The notes under the pieces were generated by a model. It ran no database searches. It was not told the DNA's origin and worked only from the letters and a program-made list of their open reading frames with translations. From the NCBI RefSeq assembly GCF_009914755.1, contig NC_060930.1: DNA of 64,000 bases, one strand, 5' to 3'. Both the position numbers and the translations under genes were made by a program. Every line of letters starts with the position of its first letter. Position 1 is the first letter of the stretch. The DNA is from the human T2T-CHM13v2.0 reference genome, Homo sapiens. Shown here piece after piece: positions 1 to 13,657 of this stretch.

Positions 1-267
1 CGAATAGTTGGACCAAAACACTTCTCAGAAGAAGAAGGAATTTTCCTTGTAGTTTAGCAGGTGCTGTTGGGCAATTTTTGCTTAGCAAGAGGACTGGAGA
101 TGAAGAATTTGATGTTACATTTATGTAAGGCCCACAGTGGAAAATGTTTCTCAGTATGTATCACACGGAACTTCCATTAAAATAATAATAAGAAATAATT
201 ACATATGTCTCTGTAAACTCTAAAGTGTTTTAAAATTAAAATTATAATATTTAAAGAAGCATGTTTA

Positions 268-3200
268 GCTTCCAGATAACTGACTAGAGGCATCTAGTAC
301 TAACTTCCTCCACAAAGAAGAACCAAAATAGTGAGTAGATAATCACACTTTGAATAGATCATCTAAGAGAGACATGAATTCAACAGAGAAGGGCCAGGAA
401 ACACCTAAAACAAGAAAGGAAAGGGAAGTAAGGCAGCCTGCTTAGCTAGAGTCAGCTGGTTCCCCAAAGCAGGCAAAAGGCAAGTGAGAGACCCCCAGTG
501 GTCGGCATTCCCACTGAGGACTCCTGCAAATCTACCCATGGGAAAGTCCCTTGATCCTTACAGGCTCTGAGACTAACACACGGAGCTGCCTGGAAACAAG
601 GATGTGGTGTAACTCCAGAAAGGAAGCTCACAATGTGTCACACATGACTTGAAGACCTAAGCAGTTACAGTAGAGTGCCATTTTGAGAGCCCAGACCCAC
701 CAGACTCCATCCACCCCTGGAGTCCCACAACTCTTGTATCTCCACATTCCTGGAGCCCATTGACATCCTCCACCCAGAGCCACTGCCATGACTGGCAGCT
801 GCCACCAGGGCCAAAGTGAGTTGCCACCCATTTATGAGTGCCCTCAGGACAGGCTATCCTGCCCACAGCTGCCATCTGGTGCAAAAGTGTACTCTCCTTG
901 GCCACTTGCCTACTGCTACTAGCATTGAAAGCAACCCTGCCCTCCCCAGTAGCAGGGCTGTAGCATAGCTGCTGCTGGCCCACCCAATCATTCTGTCAGG
1001 GGAATGGGGATTTTCCTGCCCCCCATTACCACAACCAACACCTGCACACACCAATGGGGAACCTGAGGACAGATCCACCTGGCCCAGCTCTGCAACCCCT
1101 TCAGTGCCCAAGTATGCCATCGAGAGCCTGGGAATTACCCAGCCCCATCCACCAACATTGGCGCCTGAGAACTCCTTTCAGGGGCCTGAGACAAGACCCA
1201 CACAACCTGCCACTAAACCACTGCTGGCAGCCATCCACATGTGCCACGTGCAGGCCTGTGGACTGACCCACCAGCCTGGTCATGGTCACTGCCAACGTTA
1301 GCCTGAAGTACTTGGGAGTTAGAAGCTTGTCCTGCCAGTGCTACTGCCATCATTCATGTCATATCCACCACCCAGGGGCCAAAAAACCCATCCACTTGCC
1401 CAGCTCATTGCTGCCACTATCAACACCCTGCCTGGAGGCTCATAAAATGGCCTAACTGAACATTGGTGCCAGGATATGCCACCCTGGGCCCCAAGGACAG
1501 GCACACTTAGACCATTGCTGTGATTACTGAGGCCCAAGTACAGGCCTATCTAGCTTTCCTGTCATAAGAAAAATATTTACCATCACAAAAACACACAAAA
1601 TATAAAGACCATGGGTAGAGCAAACACACAAGTAAGGAAACAACCCAATGTTACCACTACAAAAAACAGCAAAGTACAAAGAAAAACAATAAGAGAACCA
1701 AAGGAACAGGGATATACAAAACAATCAGAAATCAATTAGTAAAATGACAGATATAAGCCCTCATATATCAATAATATTGTTGAATGTAAGCAGATTAAAC
1801 TTTCCACTTAGACTGGCTAAGTGGATTTTTAAAATAGCCTAACAATATGCTGCCTACAAAAAAACTCATCACACACATTGATTAAATGTAAAAAGATGGA
1901 AAAATTCATTCCCTACAAACAACAACAATGATAACAACAAACAAACAAACCAAAACAAAAAAAAAACAGCAGAAAGAGCTTTACTTACATCAGATGAAAT
2001 AGAATTTAAGTCAAAAAAGTAGAACAAAGGAAAGTCATTATATAATGATAAAGGGATCAATTCAGCAAGAGGATATAACAACACTAAACATATATGCATC
2101 CAACAATGGTGCATCCAAATATATAAAACATATTATTAGCTCTAAAGGAAGAGATATACTCTAATACAATAATAATTGGGACTTCAATGCCCCACTCTAA
2201 GCAGAAAATCAACAAAGAAACTTGGCTTTAAACTTCATATTAGACCAAACAGACTTACCAGGCATTCACAGAACATTTCATTCAAAAGCTACAGAATACA
2301 CATTTTTTCCTCATCACCATGTGGAACATTCTTCAGGATAGAGCATATATTAAGCCACAAAGCAAGCCTCAACAACATTTTTAAAAAATTGAAATCATAT
2401 CAACTATCTTCTCAGAACACAGTGAAATTAAATGAGAAATCAAAAAAAAAAGAGAAGCTTTAGAAAATGTACAAACACAGAGAAATTAAACAATATGCTC
2501 CTGAATGACTATTTGGTAAATAATGAAATTAGAAAGGAGATTTAAATTTTTTGAAATAAATGAAAATGAAAACACAACATAATAAAACCTACTGAATACA
2601 CCAAAAGTAGTGCTGAGAGGGAAGTTTATAGCGATTAAGACCTATATCAAAAAAATAGAAATATTTCAAATAAAGAACCAAACAATGTTCCTCAAGAAAC
2701 TAGAAAATCAAGAACAACCCAAACCAAAAACTTAGAAGGACAGAAATAATGAAAGTTACAGCAGAATTAAATGAAATAGAGATTAAAGATATATTCAATA
2801 GAATAAAAAATTAGATTTTTGAAAAGATAAAATGCATAAGCCACTATCTAGCTAGACTGAGGAAAAAAAAGAGAAGATTCAAATAAACAAAATCTGATAC
2901 AAAAAGGAAACATTTCAAGTGATACCATAGAAATATGAAAGATCACCAAAAACCATTATGAACAACTATACACTAACAAACTGAAAAACCTAGTGGAAAT
3001 GGATACATTCCTGGACACACACAACCTACCGTAAGTGAATCACTGAGAAATTGAAAACCTGAACCAACAAAAACTGAGTAACAATATTGAATCAGTAATA
3101 AAAAGACTCCCAACAAAGGAAAGTCCAGGACTGGATGGCTTCACTTCAGAATTCTACTAAACTTACAAAGAACTAGTATTATCTTCCTCAACCCATTTCA

Positions 3201-4812
3201 AAAAAAATCAAGAGGAAGGACTTTCCCTACCTAATTATATAAGGCCAGCATTACCTTGATATCTAAACCAGATAAGGACACACCAAATAAGAAAACTACA
3301 GGTCAATATCCCAGATGAACATAGATTTTTAAATTATCAGCAAAATACTAGCAAACGAAAACCAACAGCATGTGAAAAAGATAATACCCCATGATCAAGT
3401 AGGATTTATACCAGGGTTGCAAAGATAGTTCAGCATATGCAAAACAATAAATTTGATATATCATATCAACAGAATGAAGGACAAAAATTATATGATTATC
3501 TCAATACACGCAGAAAAATAATTTGATAAAATTCAAAACCCCTTCCTTATAGAAACCCTCAACAAACATACAAGGAATATACCTCAAGATAATACAGGCC
3601 ATATATGACAAACCCACAGCTGACATCATACTTAATGAGGAAAAGCTCAAAGTCTTTAAGAAATGGAACAAGTCAAGATGACCACTTTCACCACTCCTAT
3701 TCAAATAGTACTGGAAGTTCTAGACAGAACAATCAGACAAGGAAAAAGAATAAAAAGGCATCCAAATTGGAAAAGAGGAAGTCAAATTGTCCCTCTTTGC
3801 AGATGACATAATCTTATATAGAAAGAAACCTAAAGACAATAGCAAAAAAACTCTAAAGTTGCATGAGGCACAATCAACATGCAAAAATTAGTAGCATTGC
3901 TGTGCATCAATAATGAACTAACTGATTAAAAATCAAGAAATCCCATTTATAATAGCTACAAAAATATAAAATACCTTGAAATACATTTACTCAGAGAGGT
4001 GAAAGACCTCTACAATGAAAACTACAAAACACTAATGAAAGAAATTAAAGAGGGCACAAACAAATTGAAAGGCATTCCATTCTGAGGGATTAAAATAATT
4101 AACATTATTAAAATGAGTATGTTTCCCAGTCAAATCTATAGATCCAATGCAACTCCAGTCAAAATACCAATGGCATTCTTCACAGAATAGAAAAACAATT
4201 ATAATATTCTTATGGAATCAAAAATGAGCTCAAATAGCTAAAGCAATCCTTAGCAAAGTAGCAAAGCTGGAGACATCACATTACCTGACTTAAAAATATT
4301 TTCCAAGGCTATCATAATCAAAACAGCATGGTATTGATATAAAAACAAAAAGATAAATCAGTGAAACAAAATGGAAAACTCAGAGATAAACCCATGTATT
4401 TACAGCCAACTGGTTTTCAATAAAGGATCCAAAACTGTACATTGTGGAAAAAACACCCTCTTCAATAAATGGAAGGTGAGAAAATTGAATATCTACAAGT
4501 AAAAAATAAAACTGGCCCCCTATGTCTTCTCATATAAAAAAGTCAACACAAGATGGAGTAAAGGCTTAAATGTAAGGCCTGAAATGGTAAAACAGATAAA
4601 AACATAAGGGAAACACTTTAGGACTTTGGTCTAGGAAAGAATTTTATGGATAAGACCTTAAAAGTTCAGACAACAAAAACAAAAAGAAACAAATGGAACT
4701 ATATTAAACTAAAAATCTTCTGCAAAGTGAAGGTTACAATCAACAGAGTGAATAAACAACGTACTGGATGAGAGAAAATATTGGCAAAATATTCATCTAA
4801 CAAGAGACTAAT
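268..4812 (+). mobile_element. Old L1 (L1MA-type): 5'UTR with GC-rich tandem array, ORF1 missing, degenerate ORF2 from ~1744
   Basis: Starts with an L1M-like 5' end (cttccagataactgactagagg). GC-rich ~60-bp repeats at 1057-1560. ORF2-like start ATGACAGATATAAGCCCTCAT at 1744. EN/RT-region homology, e.g. gaaaagaggaagtcaaattgtccctctttgcagatgacat (SLFADD motif) at ~3770-3810. Many stops and frameshifts. Confidence 0.9.
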
Positions 4813-5141
4813 GTAAGAAGCCCAAGCCAGAGTAATCAGGCAAAATAAAGAAATAATGGGCATCCATATTGGAAAAGAGGAAGTCAATATTTGTCAATGA
4901 TATGATTGTATATTTAGAACATCCTAGACTCCTCCAAAAGATCTCTAGATTTGATAAATGAATTCAGTCAAGTCTCATATTTAAAAAATCAGTGTTCACA
5001 AATCAGTAGCACTGGTATAGACCAACAACAACCAAGCTCCAAGCTCAGAATCAAATCAAGAACCCAATTTCTTTTACAATAGCTGCAAAAAATGTAATGA
5101 AATACCTAGGAGTACACATAACCAAGGAAGTAAAAGATCTC

Positions 5142-7526
5142 TGATGGCATTTGGCTCTATGTCTTCACCCAAACATCATGCTGAATTTTAATTCTGAGTA
5201 TCGTGGGAGGGAGCTGATGGGAGGTGATTGACTCATGGGGGCAGATTTCTCCTTTGCTATTCTTGGGACAGTGAGTTATCACAAGATCTGTTTACTTGAA
5301 AGTGTGTAGCACTTCTTCCTTCACTTTCTCTCTCTCTCTCTCTCCTCCACATGTGAAGACGTGATTGCTTCCCCTTTGCCCTTCCACCATGATTGTAAGT
5401 TTCCTGAGGCCTCCTCAGCCATGACTCCTGTACCGCTTGTGTAATTGTGAGTCAATAAAACCTCTTTTCTTTATAAATTCCCCAGTCTCAGGTAGTTCTT
5501 TATAGCAGTGTGAAAACCCACTAATATAGAAAATTGGTACCAGAGAAGTTGGGCATTGCTGTAGAGATACCTGAAAATGTGAAAACAACTTTGGAACTGT
5601 GTAATAGGCTGAGGCTGGAACAATATGGAGGGCTCAGATGAAGGCAGGAAGATGAGAAAAAGTTTAGAACTTCCTAGAAACTTGTTGAATAGTTTTAACC
5701 AAAATGCTCATAGTGATATGGGTAATAAAGTCCAGGCTGAGGAGATCTAAGATGGAGATAAGAAACTTACTGGAAACTGGAGTAAAAGTCACTCTTGCTA
5801 TGCTTTAATAAAGACAGTGGCAGCATTGTGCCCTTGCCCTAGAGATCTTTAGAACTTTGAACTTGAGACAGATAATTTAGGATATCTGGTGAAGGGAATT
5901 TCTAAGCAGCAAAGCATTCAAGATGCTGCTTCTAAAAGCCTAGGCTCATATGTGTTTGCAAAGAGATGGTCTAACATTGGAACTTATATTTAAAAGAGAA
6001 GCAGAGCATAAAAGTTTTAAAAATTGCATCCCAACCATGTGGTAGAAAAGATAAACCCATTTTCTGGGAAGGAATTCAAGTCCACTGCATAAAGTTGCAT
6101 AAGTAATGAGGAGCCAAATGTTAATAACCAAGACAATAGGAAAAATGCCTCCAAGACATTTCAGAGACCTTCACAGCAGTCCCTCTAATTACAGGCTTGG
6201 AGGCCTAGAAGAGAAAAATGATCTTGTGGGCCAGGCCCAGGACAAATTTCTCTTTGCAGCCTCAGGACATAGCACCCTACATCATCCCCACTCCAGCCCT
6301 AGACATGTCTAAAATGGCTCAAGATACTGCTTGGGCCATTGCTTCAGAAGGTGAAAGCCCCAAGCCTTGGTAGCTTCTACATGGTTTTGGGCCTGTGGGT
6401 GCACAGAGGGCAAGAGCTGAGGCTTGGGGGCCTCCTCCTAGATTTCAGAGGATGTATGGAAACACCTGAATGTTGAGGCATCAGTCTGCTGCAGGGGTGG
6501 AGCCCTCATGGAGAAACTCTGCTAGGGCAGTGAAGAAGGTAAATGTGAGGTTGGAGCACTAGTGGGGACCCAGAGTCCCCACTAGGGCACTGCTTAATGG
6601 AGCTGTGGAAAAAGGACCACCGTCCTCTGGACTCCAGAATGGTAGAACATCAACAGCTTGCACCGTGCACCTGGAAAAGCTGCAGGCATTCAACACCAGC
6701 CAGTGAAAGCCCGCACGGTGGCTGTACCCTGCAGAGCCACAGGGGCAGAGCTGTCCAGGACCTTGGGAACTCACCCCTTGTGTCAGTGTGGCTTGGATAT
6801 GAGACATGGAGTCAACAGGAAATATTTTGGAGCTTTAAGATTTAATGACTGCCCTGATGGGTTTGAGATTTGCGTGGGGCCTGTGGCCCTTTTGTTTTTG
6901 TCAATTTCTCCCTTTTGGAGTGGAAACATTTACCCAATGCCTGCACCCCCATCGTATCTTGGAAGTAACTAACCTGCTTTTGATTTTACAGGCTCATAGG
7001 TGGAAGAAATTTGCCTTGTCACAGATCGTACTTTGGACTTGGTTTTTTGAGTTAATACTGGAACGATTTAAGACTTTGGGGGACTGTTGGGAAGGAATAA
7101 TTGTGTTTTGCAATATGAGAAGGACATGAGAATTGAGAGGGGACAGGTGCAAATTGTATGGTTTGGCTCTGCTCCCACCAAAATCTCATGTTGAGTTTTA
7201 ATTCCCAATTTTAGGAGAGGGATTGGGTGGTAGATGACTGGATCATTGGGGCAGAGATTTCCTTTGCTTTTTTTGTGCTAGTGAGTTCTCACAAGATCTA
7301 GTTGTTTGAAAGTGTGTAGCACTTCCCCCTTTGCTCAGTTTCTCTCTTGCCGCCATGTGAAGATGTGTTTGTTCCCCTTTGCCCTTCCACCATGACTGTA
7401 AGTTTCCCAAGACCTCACCATCCATGCCTCTCATACAGCAAGTGGAACTGTTAGTCAATTTAACCTATTTATAAATTACCCAGTCTCAGATAGTTCTTTA
7501 TAGCAGTGTGAAAATGAACTAATACA
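5142..7526 (+). mobile_element. Complete MaLR provirus, THE1D-like (5'LTR 5142-5528, internal 5529-7154, 3'LTR 7155-7526)
   Basis: Two homologous LTRs ending in ctaata(t/c)a. Internal region starts gaaaattggtaccagag. Perfect 5-bp TSD ATCTC at 5137-5141 and 7527-7531. Confidence 0.93.
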
Positions 7527-8676
7527 ATCTCTATAAGGAGAACAACAAAACACTTCTGAAAAAAAATCATAGATGACACCAAAAAATGGAAATACATCCC
7601 ATACTCATGAATTAAAAGAGTGAATATCAATAAAATGACCATACTGCCCAAAGCAATCTACAGATTCAACTCAATTTCTATCAAAATACCAACATCATGT
7701 TTCACAGAATTAAAGAAAACAATTTTTAAATGCACGTGGAATCAAATAAGACCCTGAATAGCTACAGCAATCCTAAGCAAAAAGAAAAAAAATCTGGAGG
7801 CATCACATTATCTAATCTCAAATTATACTACAAGGCTATAGTACCCAAAACAGCATGATACTGACATAAAGGTGATACATAGACCAGTAGAGAAAATTGG
7901 GAACTCAGAAAAAAGCCAAATACTTACAATCAATTGATCTTCAACAAAGCATACAAAAACATAAATTAGGGAACGGATATTCTATTCGATAAATAGTTCT
8001 GGAAAAACTGGATAGCCACAGGTAGAATACTAAAACTGGATCCTTATCTCTCACCATATGCAAAAATCAACTCAAGATGGACTAAAGAATTAAATGTAAG
8101 ACCTGAAACCATATAAATTTTAGAAGGAAACCTAGAAAAAACTTCTGGACATTGATCTAGGCAAATAATTTTCAACAAAATTTGCAAAAGCAAATACAAA
8201 AGAAACCCAAAAATTAAAAATGAGAGCATTAATTAAATTGACAAGCTTCTGCTCCACAAAACAAATTATCCTCAGTGTAAACGGACAACCCACAGAATGG
8301 GAGAAAATATTTGCAAACTATGCATCCAATGACAAACTAATATCCACAATCTACAATGAACTCCAACAACTCAACAGTAAAAACAAATAAATAAATAAAA
8401 ATAATAATCCCATTAAAATGTGGGTGAAGGTCATTAATAGACATTTCTAAGAAGAGATACAAATGGCTACCAGGTATACTAAAAAATGCTCATATCACTA
8501 ATGAACAGGGAAATGCTATTCAAAACCACAGTGAGCTATCATTTTATCCCAGTTAGAATGGCCATTACTAAAAAGAAAAATAACAGATGGCGGTGCAGAT
8601 GTGAAGAAAAGGGAAATCATACACCATTGCTGAGAATGTAAATTAGTACAGGCACTCTGGAAAACAGTATGGAGAC

Positions 8677-9079
8677 TGTGTTAGGCCATTCTTGCATTGC
8701 TATAAATAAATATGTGAGACTGGGTAATTTATAAGGAAAGAAGTTTAATTGAATCACAATTCTGCAGTCTATACGGGAAACACAGTACCAGTATCTGCTT
8801 CTGGGGAGGCCTCAGGAAGCTTTCAGTCATTGTGGAATGTGAAGAGGGGATAGGCACATTACAAGGCTACAGAAAGAGCAAGAGAGAGTCAGGAGGGTGC
8901 ACACATTTTTAAATGGCAAGAACTTGTAAGAAGTTACTCACTATCGTGATAATAGCACCAAGCCAGGAGGAATCTGCCCCTGTGACTCAAACAGGTCCCA
9001 CCAACCCTCTTGCCCTCAAGCATTGGGGATTATAATTCAACATGAGATTTGGGTAAGGGCAAATATCCAAACTATATCA
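8677..9079 (-). mobile_element. MSTA-like solo LTR inserted in L1
   Basis: Termini tgtgttaggcc...aaactatatca and motif atctgcttctggggaggcctcaggaagc. Degenerate TSD gagac/aagat. Confidence 0.88.
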
Positions 9080-9545
9080 AAGATTTCTCAAAACACTAAA
9101 AAGAGAACTACAATATGTCTAGCAATCCCACTACCAGGTATTTATCCAAAGGAAAAGAAATCAGTATATCAAAGGCATATCTGCACTCCCGTATTTATTG
9201 TAGCGCTACACACAAGAGCAAAGATAGGGAATCTACCTATGTTTCCATCAACAGAATAATGGTTAAACAAAATATGACGTATATATACACAATGGAATAT
9301 TATTTGGGCATAAAAAGGAATGAGATCATGCCATTTGCAGCAACATAGATGGAACTGGAGATCATTATGTTAAGTGACATAAGCCAGGCACAGAAAGACA
9401 AATACTGCATATTCTCACTCATATGTTGGATCTAAAATACTTGATTTTATGGTAGTAGAGAGTGGAATGATAAATAGTGACTGGGATTGGTATGTGGATG
9501 ACTGGGGGAATAAAAAGAGATTGCTTAATGGGCACAAACATAGGC

Positions 9546-9845
9546 TTTTTGTTGTTGTTGTTTTGTTTTGTTTTTTGAGACAGAGTCTTGCTCTATTGCC
9601 CAGGCTGGAGCAAAGTGGCAAGATCTCAGCTCACTACAAGCTCTGCCTCTCAGAGTCAAGCAATTATTGGGCCTCAGCCTCCGAAGTAGCTGGGACTACA
9701 GGTGTGTGCCACCACACACAGGTAATTTTTGTATTCTTAGTACAGATGGGGATTTGCTATGTTGGCCAGACTGGTCAAACTCCTGGACTCAAGTGATCCA
9801 CCCATCTTGGCCTCTCGAAGTGCTAAGATTACAGGCGTGAGCCAC
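9546..9845 (-). mobile_element. Alu (AluJb-like) in the L1 3'UTR
   Basis: T-rich tail followed by gagacagagtcttgctct...acaggcgtgagccac. No clear TSD. Confidence 0.92.
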
Positions 9846-10263
9846 ATTTTAATATTTTATAGTAGGGTAGGGTGACTATAGTTAGCAACAATGTATTATG
9901 TATTTCAAAATCGCTAGAATACTTGAACTGCTCCCAACACATAGAAATGATAAATGCTTGAAGTGATGGATACCCTGTTTGATCATTACACATTTTATGC
10001 ATGTAACAAAATACCACACTTACCCCACACACATGTACATATATTAGGTATCAATTAAAAATTATACTTATTAAAAGACTGAGTGATAATCTCAAGATTA
10101 CCAAAGTGGAAGAGTTTATATCTTGAATTTGGATAGAGAAATAAGCTTTTCTTTATAAGAAAAATATATACATATATCTACATGGTTAACACAAATACAA
10201 GTAAACGTAACCAGCAATATTTTGTTGTTTTTGTTTCAGGATCTTGGACAAAAAGCTAACTAG

Positions 10264-10821
10264 TAGTAAGGAACAATTGCATAGGACAAGATGAACAGAA
10301 GGAAGTTGATTTTATTCTAATACTAGTGCTAGCAATAAGGGAGAGGGCACAGAGCAAACCTGGACACCCAACTTTGTCAAGACAAAGGGCTGGAGAGGTT
10401 TTAAGAGTTGGGATTGGAAAAGATCATAGGCTATCTGTGTTTGCTAATTGTCCCTACCAAAGAAAATTAAACACTCTAATATGTTTATGACAGGAGGTAC
10501 TTTTACAACTTAGAACAAGGCTCAGGCAGGACTCAGATTCCTATCCTTTCACTGAAACTGGGAGATAAGGGTATTATCTTCCTTGATGATTAGGTTTCAA
10601 AGAGGTGGTTCCCAGGTCCTTGAGAAAGACATTCCTGGGTTATAAAACTGACAAGAGGCTTTTTAAAAGATTTACATCTCAAAGAAGGAGAGAAGGGATT
10701 TACAACCATAAGTTATCTAAAATAAATGGTCTAAGAAAAGGCAGGGCAGGGGCCTAGAGTCTGGAGGAAGCCTGTCTAAAGTTTCATCAGGCTGAGGGGA
10801 ATGTTAAGGCTGTCTTGTTCA
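10264..10821 (-). mobile_element. ERV1 solo LTR, MER67-like
   Basis: Motif cccaggtccttgagaaagacattcctgggttataaaactg. Minus-strand start TGAACAAGAC and minus-strand AATAAA near 10312-10317. Candidate 4-bp TSD CTAG at 10260-10263 and 10822-10825. Confidence 0.7.
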
Positions 10822-11116
10822 CTAGCAACAACCACATTCAGAAATGAAAGTCGTCATTATATAGACTGCAAATTAAATGGCTTCAAAAACAGCAAAATCC
10901 AGGATATCAAAAATTAAGCTTTAAAATAGTAATTCATTCAGATACACTTAACACCAGCCTAATGAAGAGAAAAACATCACAATTTCAACCAAACCATAAA
11001 AAAGTCCTATAAATGAATTTACAAGGAAAAGTAGAAGCTAGGGATATGTAATAGGAAGAAAAAGAGAATGAGAGATGTTAAATGAATTAGTTTGAAGAGC
11101 ACTTTGACCAAAAACC

Positions 11117-11554
11117 TGTGAAAGGAAAATATATTGGGCCCCCAAAATCACTAAGAAAAATTCAAGCTAGAAACTGCTTAGGGCAAACCTGCCTCCCATT
11201 CTAGTCAAAGTTACTAAGATAGATGCATTTCAGATTGCCTCCTGTGGAAAGGCTAATCAGAAACTCAAAAGAATGAAACTGTTTGTATCTTACCTATCTG
11301 TGACCTGAAAGTCCTGTCCTTGCTTCCAGTCTTTCTGCCTTTGCTTCAAGATGCTCCGCCTTTCTGAATCAAACCAATGTACTTCTTACATATATTTATT
11401 GATGTCTCATATCTCCCTAAAATGTATAAAACAAAGCTGTGCCCCAATCACCTTGGCACATGTCGTCAGGACTTTCTGAGGCTGTGTCATGGGCGCATGA
11501 AAAAATAAACTTTGTAAATTAACTAAGACATGTCTCAGATTTTCTAGGTTCACA
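11117..11554 (+). mobile_element. ERV1 solo LTR, MER4A1-like
   Basis: Termini TGTGAAAGGAAAAT...GGTTCACA, TATAAAA and AATAAA signals, and perfect 4-bp TSD AACC at 11113-11116 and 11555-11558. Confidence 0.9.
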
Positions 11555-11761
11555 AACCTGAATGAAATGAGAAAATTGCCCAGAATATCTGGGTTAAAAT
11601 CTTCCCAGACAAAGGACAAGTACAAAGTAAATTCAGTTGAAGGAGCTTGTCTGGTGTCTTTATAGAAGAGCAGAGCACAGTGTACCGTGGAGTGTGTTAG
11701 AAGATGAGGAAAAAGAAATTGGCTGGGATTAGATGATAATGGAACGTGTAGAGCTTATACT

Positions 11762-11890
11762 CAGCCCATCATCATGGATATGGGATCCGTGTTAAGAAAA
11801 CCCAGCCCTTGATTTAATGCTCCTTTGTCGTTAACTTAAAAGTCCTAATAATTTCTGAACAAGTTACTATATTTTGGATTAATGTGGTAC
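11762..11890. mobile_element. Probable MER91-like hAT MITE relic
   Basis: ttgatttaatgctcctttgtcgttaacttaaaagtcctaataatttctgaacaag resembles the MER91 core. Strongly diverged. Confidence 0.45.
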
Positions 11891-12511
11891 TTAGAAATAG
11901 ACAAGTAATACAGTATCAAATAGGATGTTGTCTTATGTATCTTTTTTTTTCCTTTTTTTAAAATTATACTTTAAGTTCTGGGGTACAAGAGCAGAACACG
12001 CAGTTTTGTTACATAAATATACACGTACCATGGTAGTTTGCTGCACCCATCAACCCGTCACCTACATTAGGTATTTCTCCTAATGTTGTCTCTCCGCTAG
12101 CCCCCCACACCCTTACAGGCCCGTGTGTGATGTTCCCCTCCCTATGTCCATGTGTTCTCATTGTTCAACTCCCTCTTATGAGTGAGAACATGTGGTGTTT
12201 GGTTTCCTGTTCCTGTAATAGTTTGCTGAGAATGATGGTTTCTGCCTTCATCCATGTCCCTGCAAAGGACATGAACTCATCGTTTTTTATGACTGCATAG
12301 TATTTCATGGTGTATATGTGCCACATTTTCTTAATCCAGTCTATTATTGATGGACATTTGGGTTGGTTCCAAGACTTTGCTATTGTGAATAGTGCCACAA
12401 TAAACTTATGTGTGCATGTGTCTTTATAGTAAAATGATTTATAATCCTTTGGGTATATGCCCAGTAATGGGATTGCTGGGTCAAATTATATTTCTAGTTG
12501 TAGATCCTTGA

Positions 12512-12922
<411 letters not shown>

Positions 12923-13363
12923 TTTCCTGACTTTTTAATGATCGTCATTCTAACTGGTGTGAGATGGTATCTCATTGCGGTTTTGCATTTCTCTAACGAC
13001 CAGTGATGATGAGCATTTTTCATATGTCTGTTGGCTGCATAAATGTTTTCTTGATGAGCATTTTTTCATATGTCTGTTGGCTGTATAAATGTTTTCTTTT
13101 GAGAAGTGTCTATTCATATCCTTTGCCCACCTTTTGATAGGGTTGTTTGTTTTTTCTTCTTGTAAATTTGTTTAAGTTGTTTGTAGATTCTGGATATTAG
13201 CCCTTTGTCAGATGGATGGATTGCAAAAATTTTCTCCCATTTTGTAGGTTGCCTGTTCAGTCTGATGATAGTTTCTTTTGCTATGCAGAAGCTCTTTAGC
13301 TAATTAGATCCCACTGGTCAATTTTGGCTTTTGTTGGCATTGCTTTTGGTGTTTTACACATGA

Positions 13364-13657
<294 letters not shown>

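Larger units (their letters stand above)
4817..10061 (+). mobile_element. L1 ORF2 3' half and 3'UTR (L1PB-like ORF2 segment, L1MA3/4-like 3' end), interrupted by THE1, MST and Alu
   Basis: L1 pieces at 4817-5141, 7527-8676, 9080-9545 and 9846-10061 are collinear. The 3'UTR ends ...gatcattacacattttatgcatgtaacaaaatac...tatcaattaaaaa. Confidence 0.88.

Noticed and set aside
628-1537. Cluster of overlapping 60-108 aa ORFs
   Set aside because: They lie in the GC-rich L1 5'UTR, where stop codons are rare, and show no protein resemblance.
10292-10821. TGAACA...TGTTCA as the boundaries of the MER67-like LTR
   Set aside because: There is no TSD at these ends. The CTAG duplication supports 10264 as the left boundary instead.
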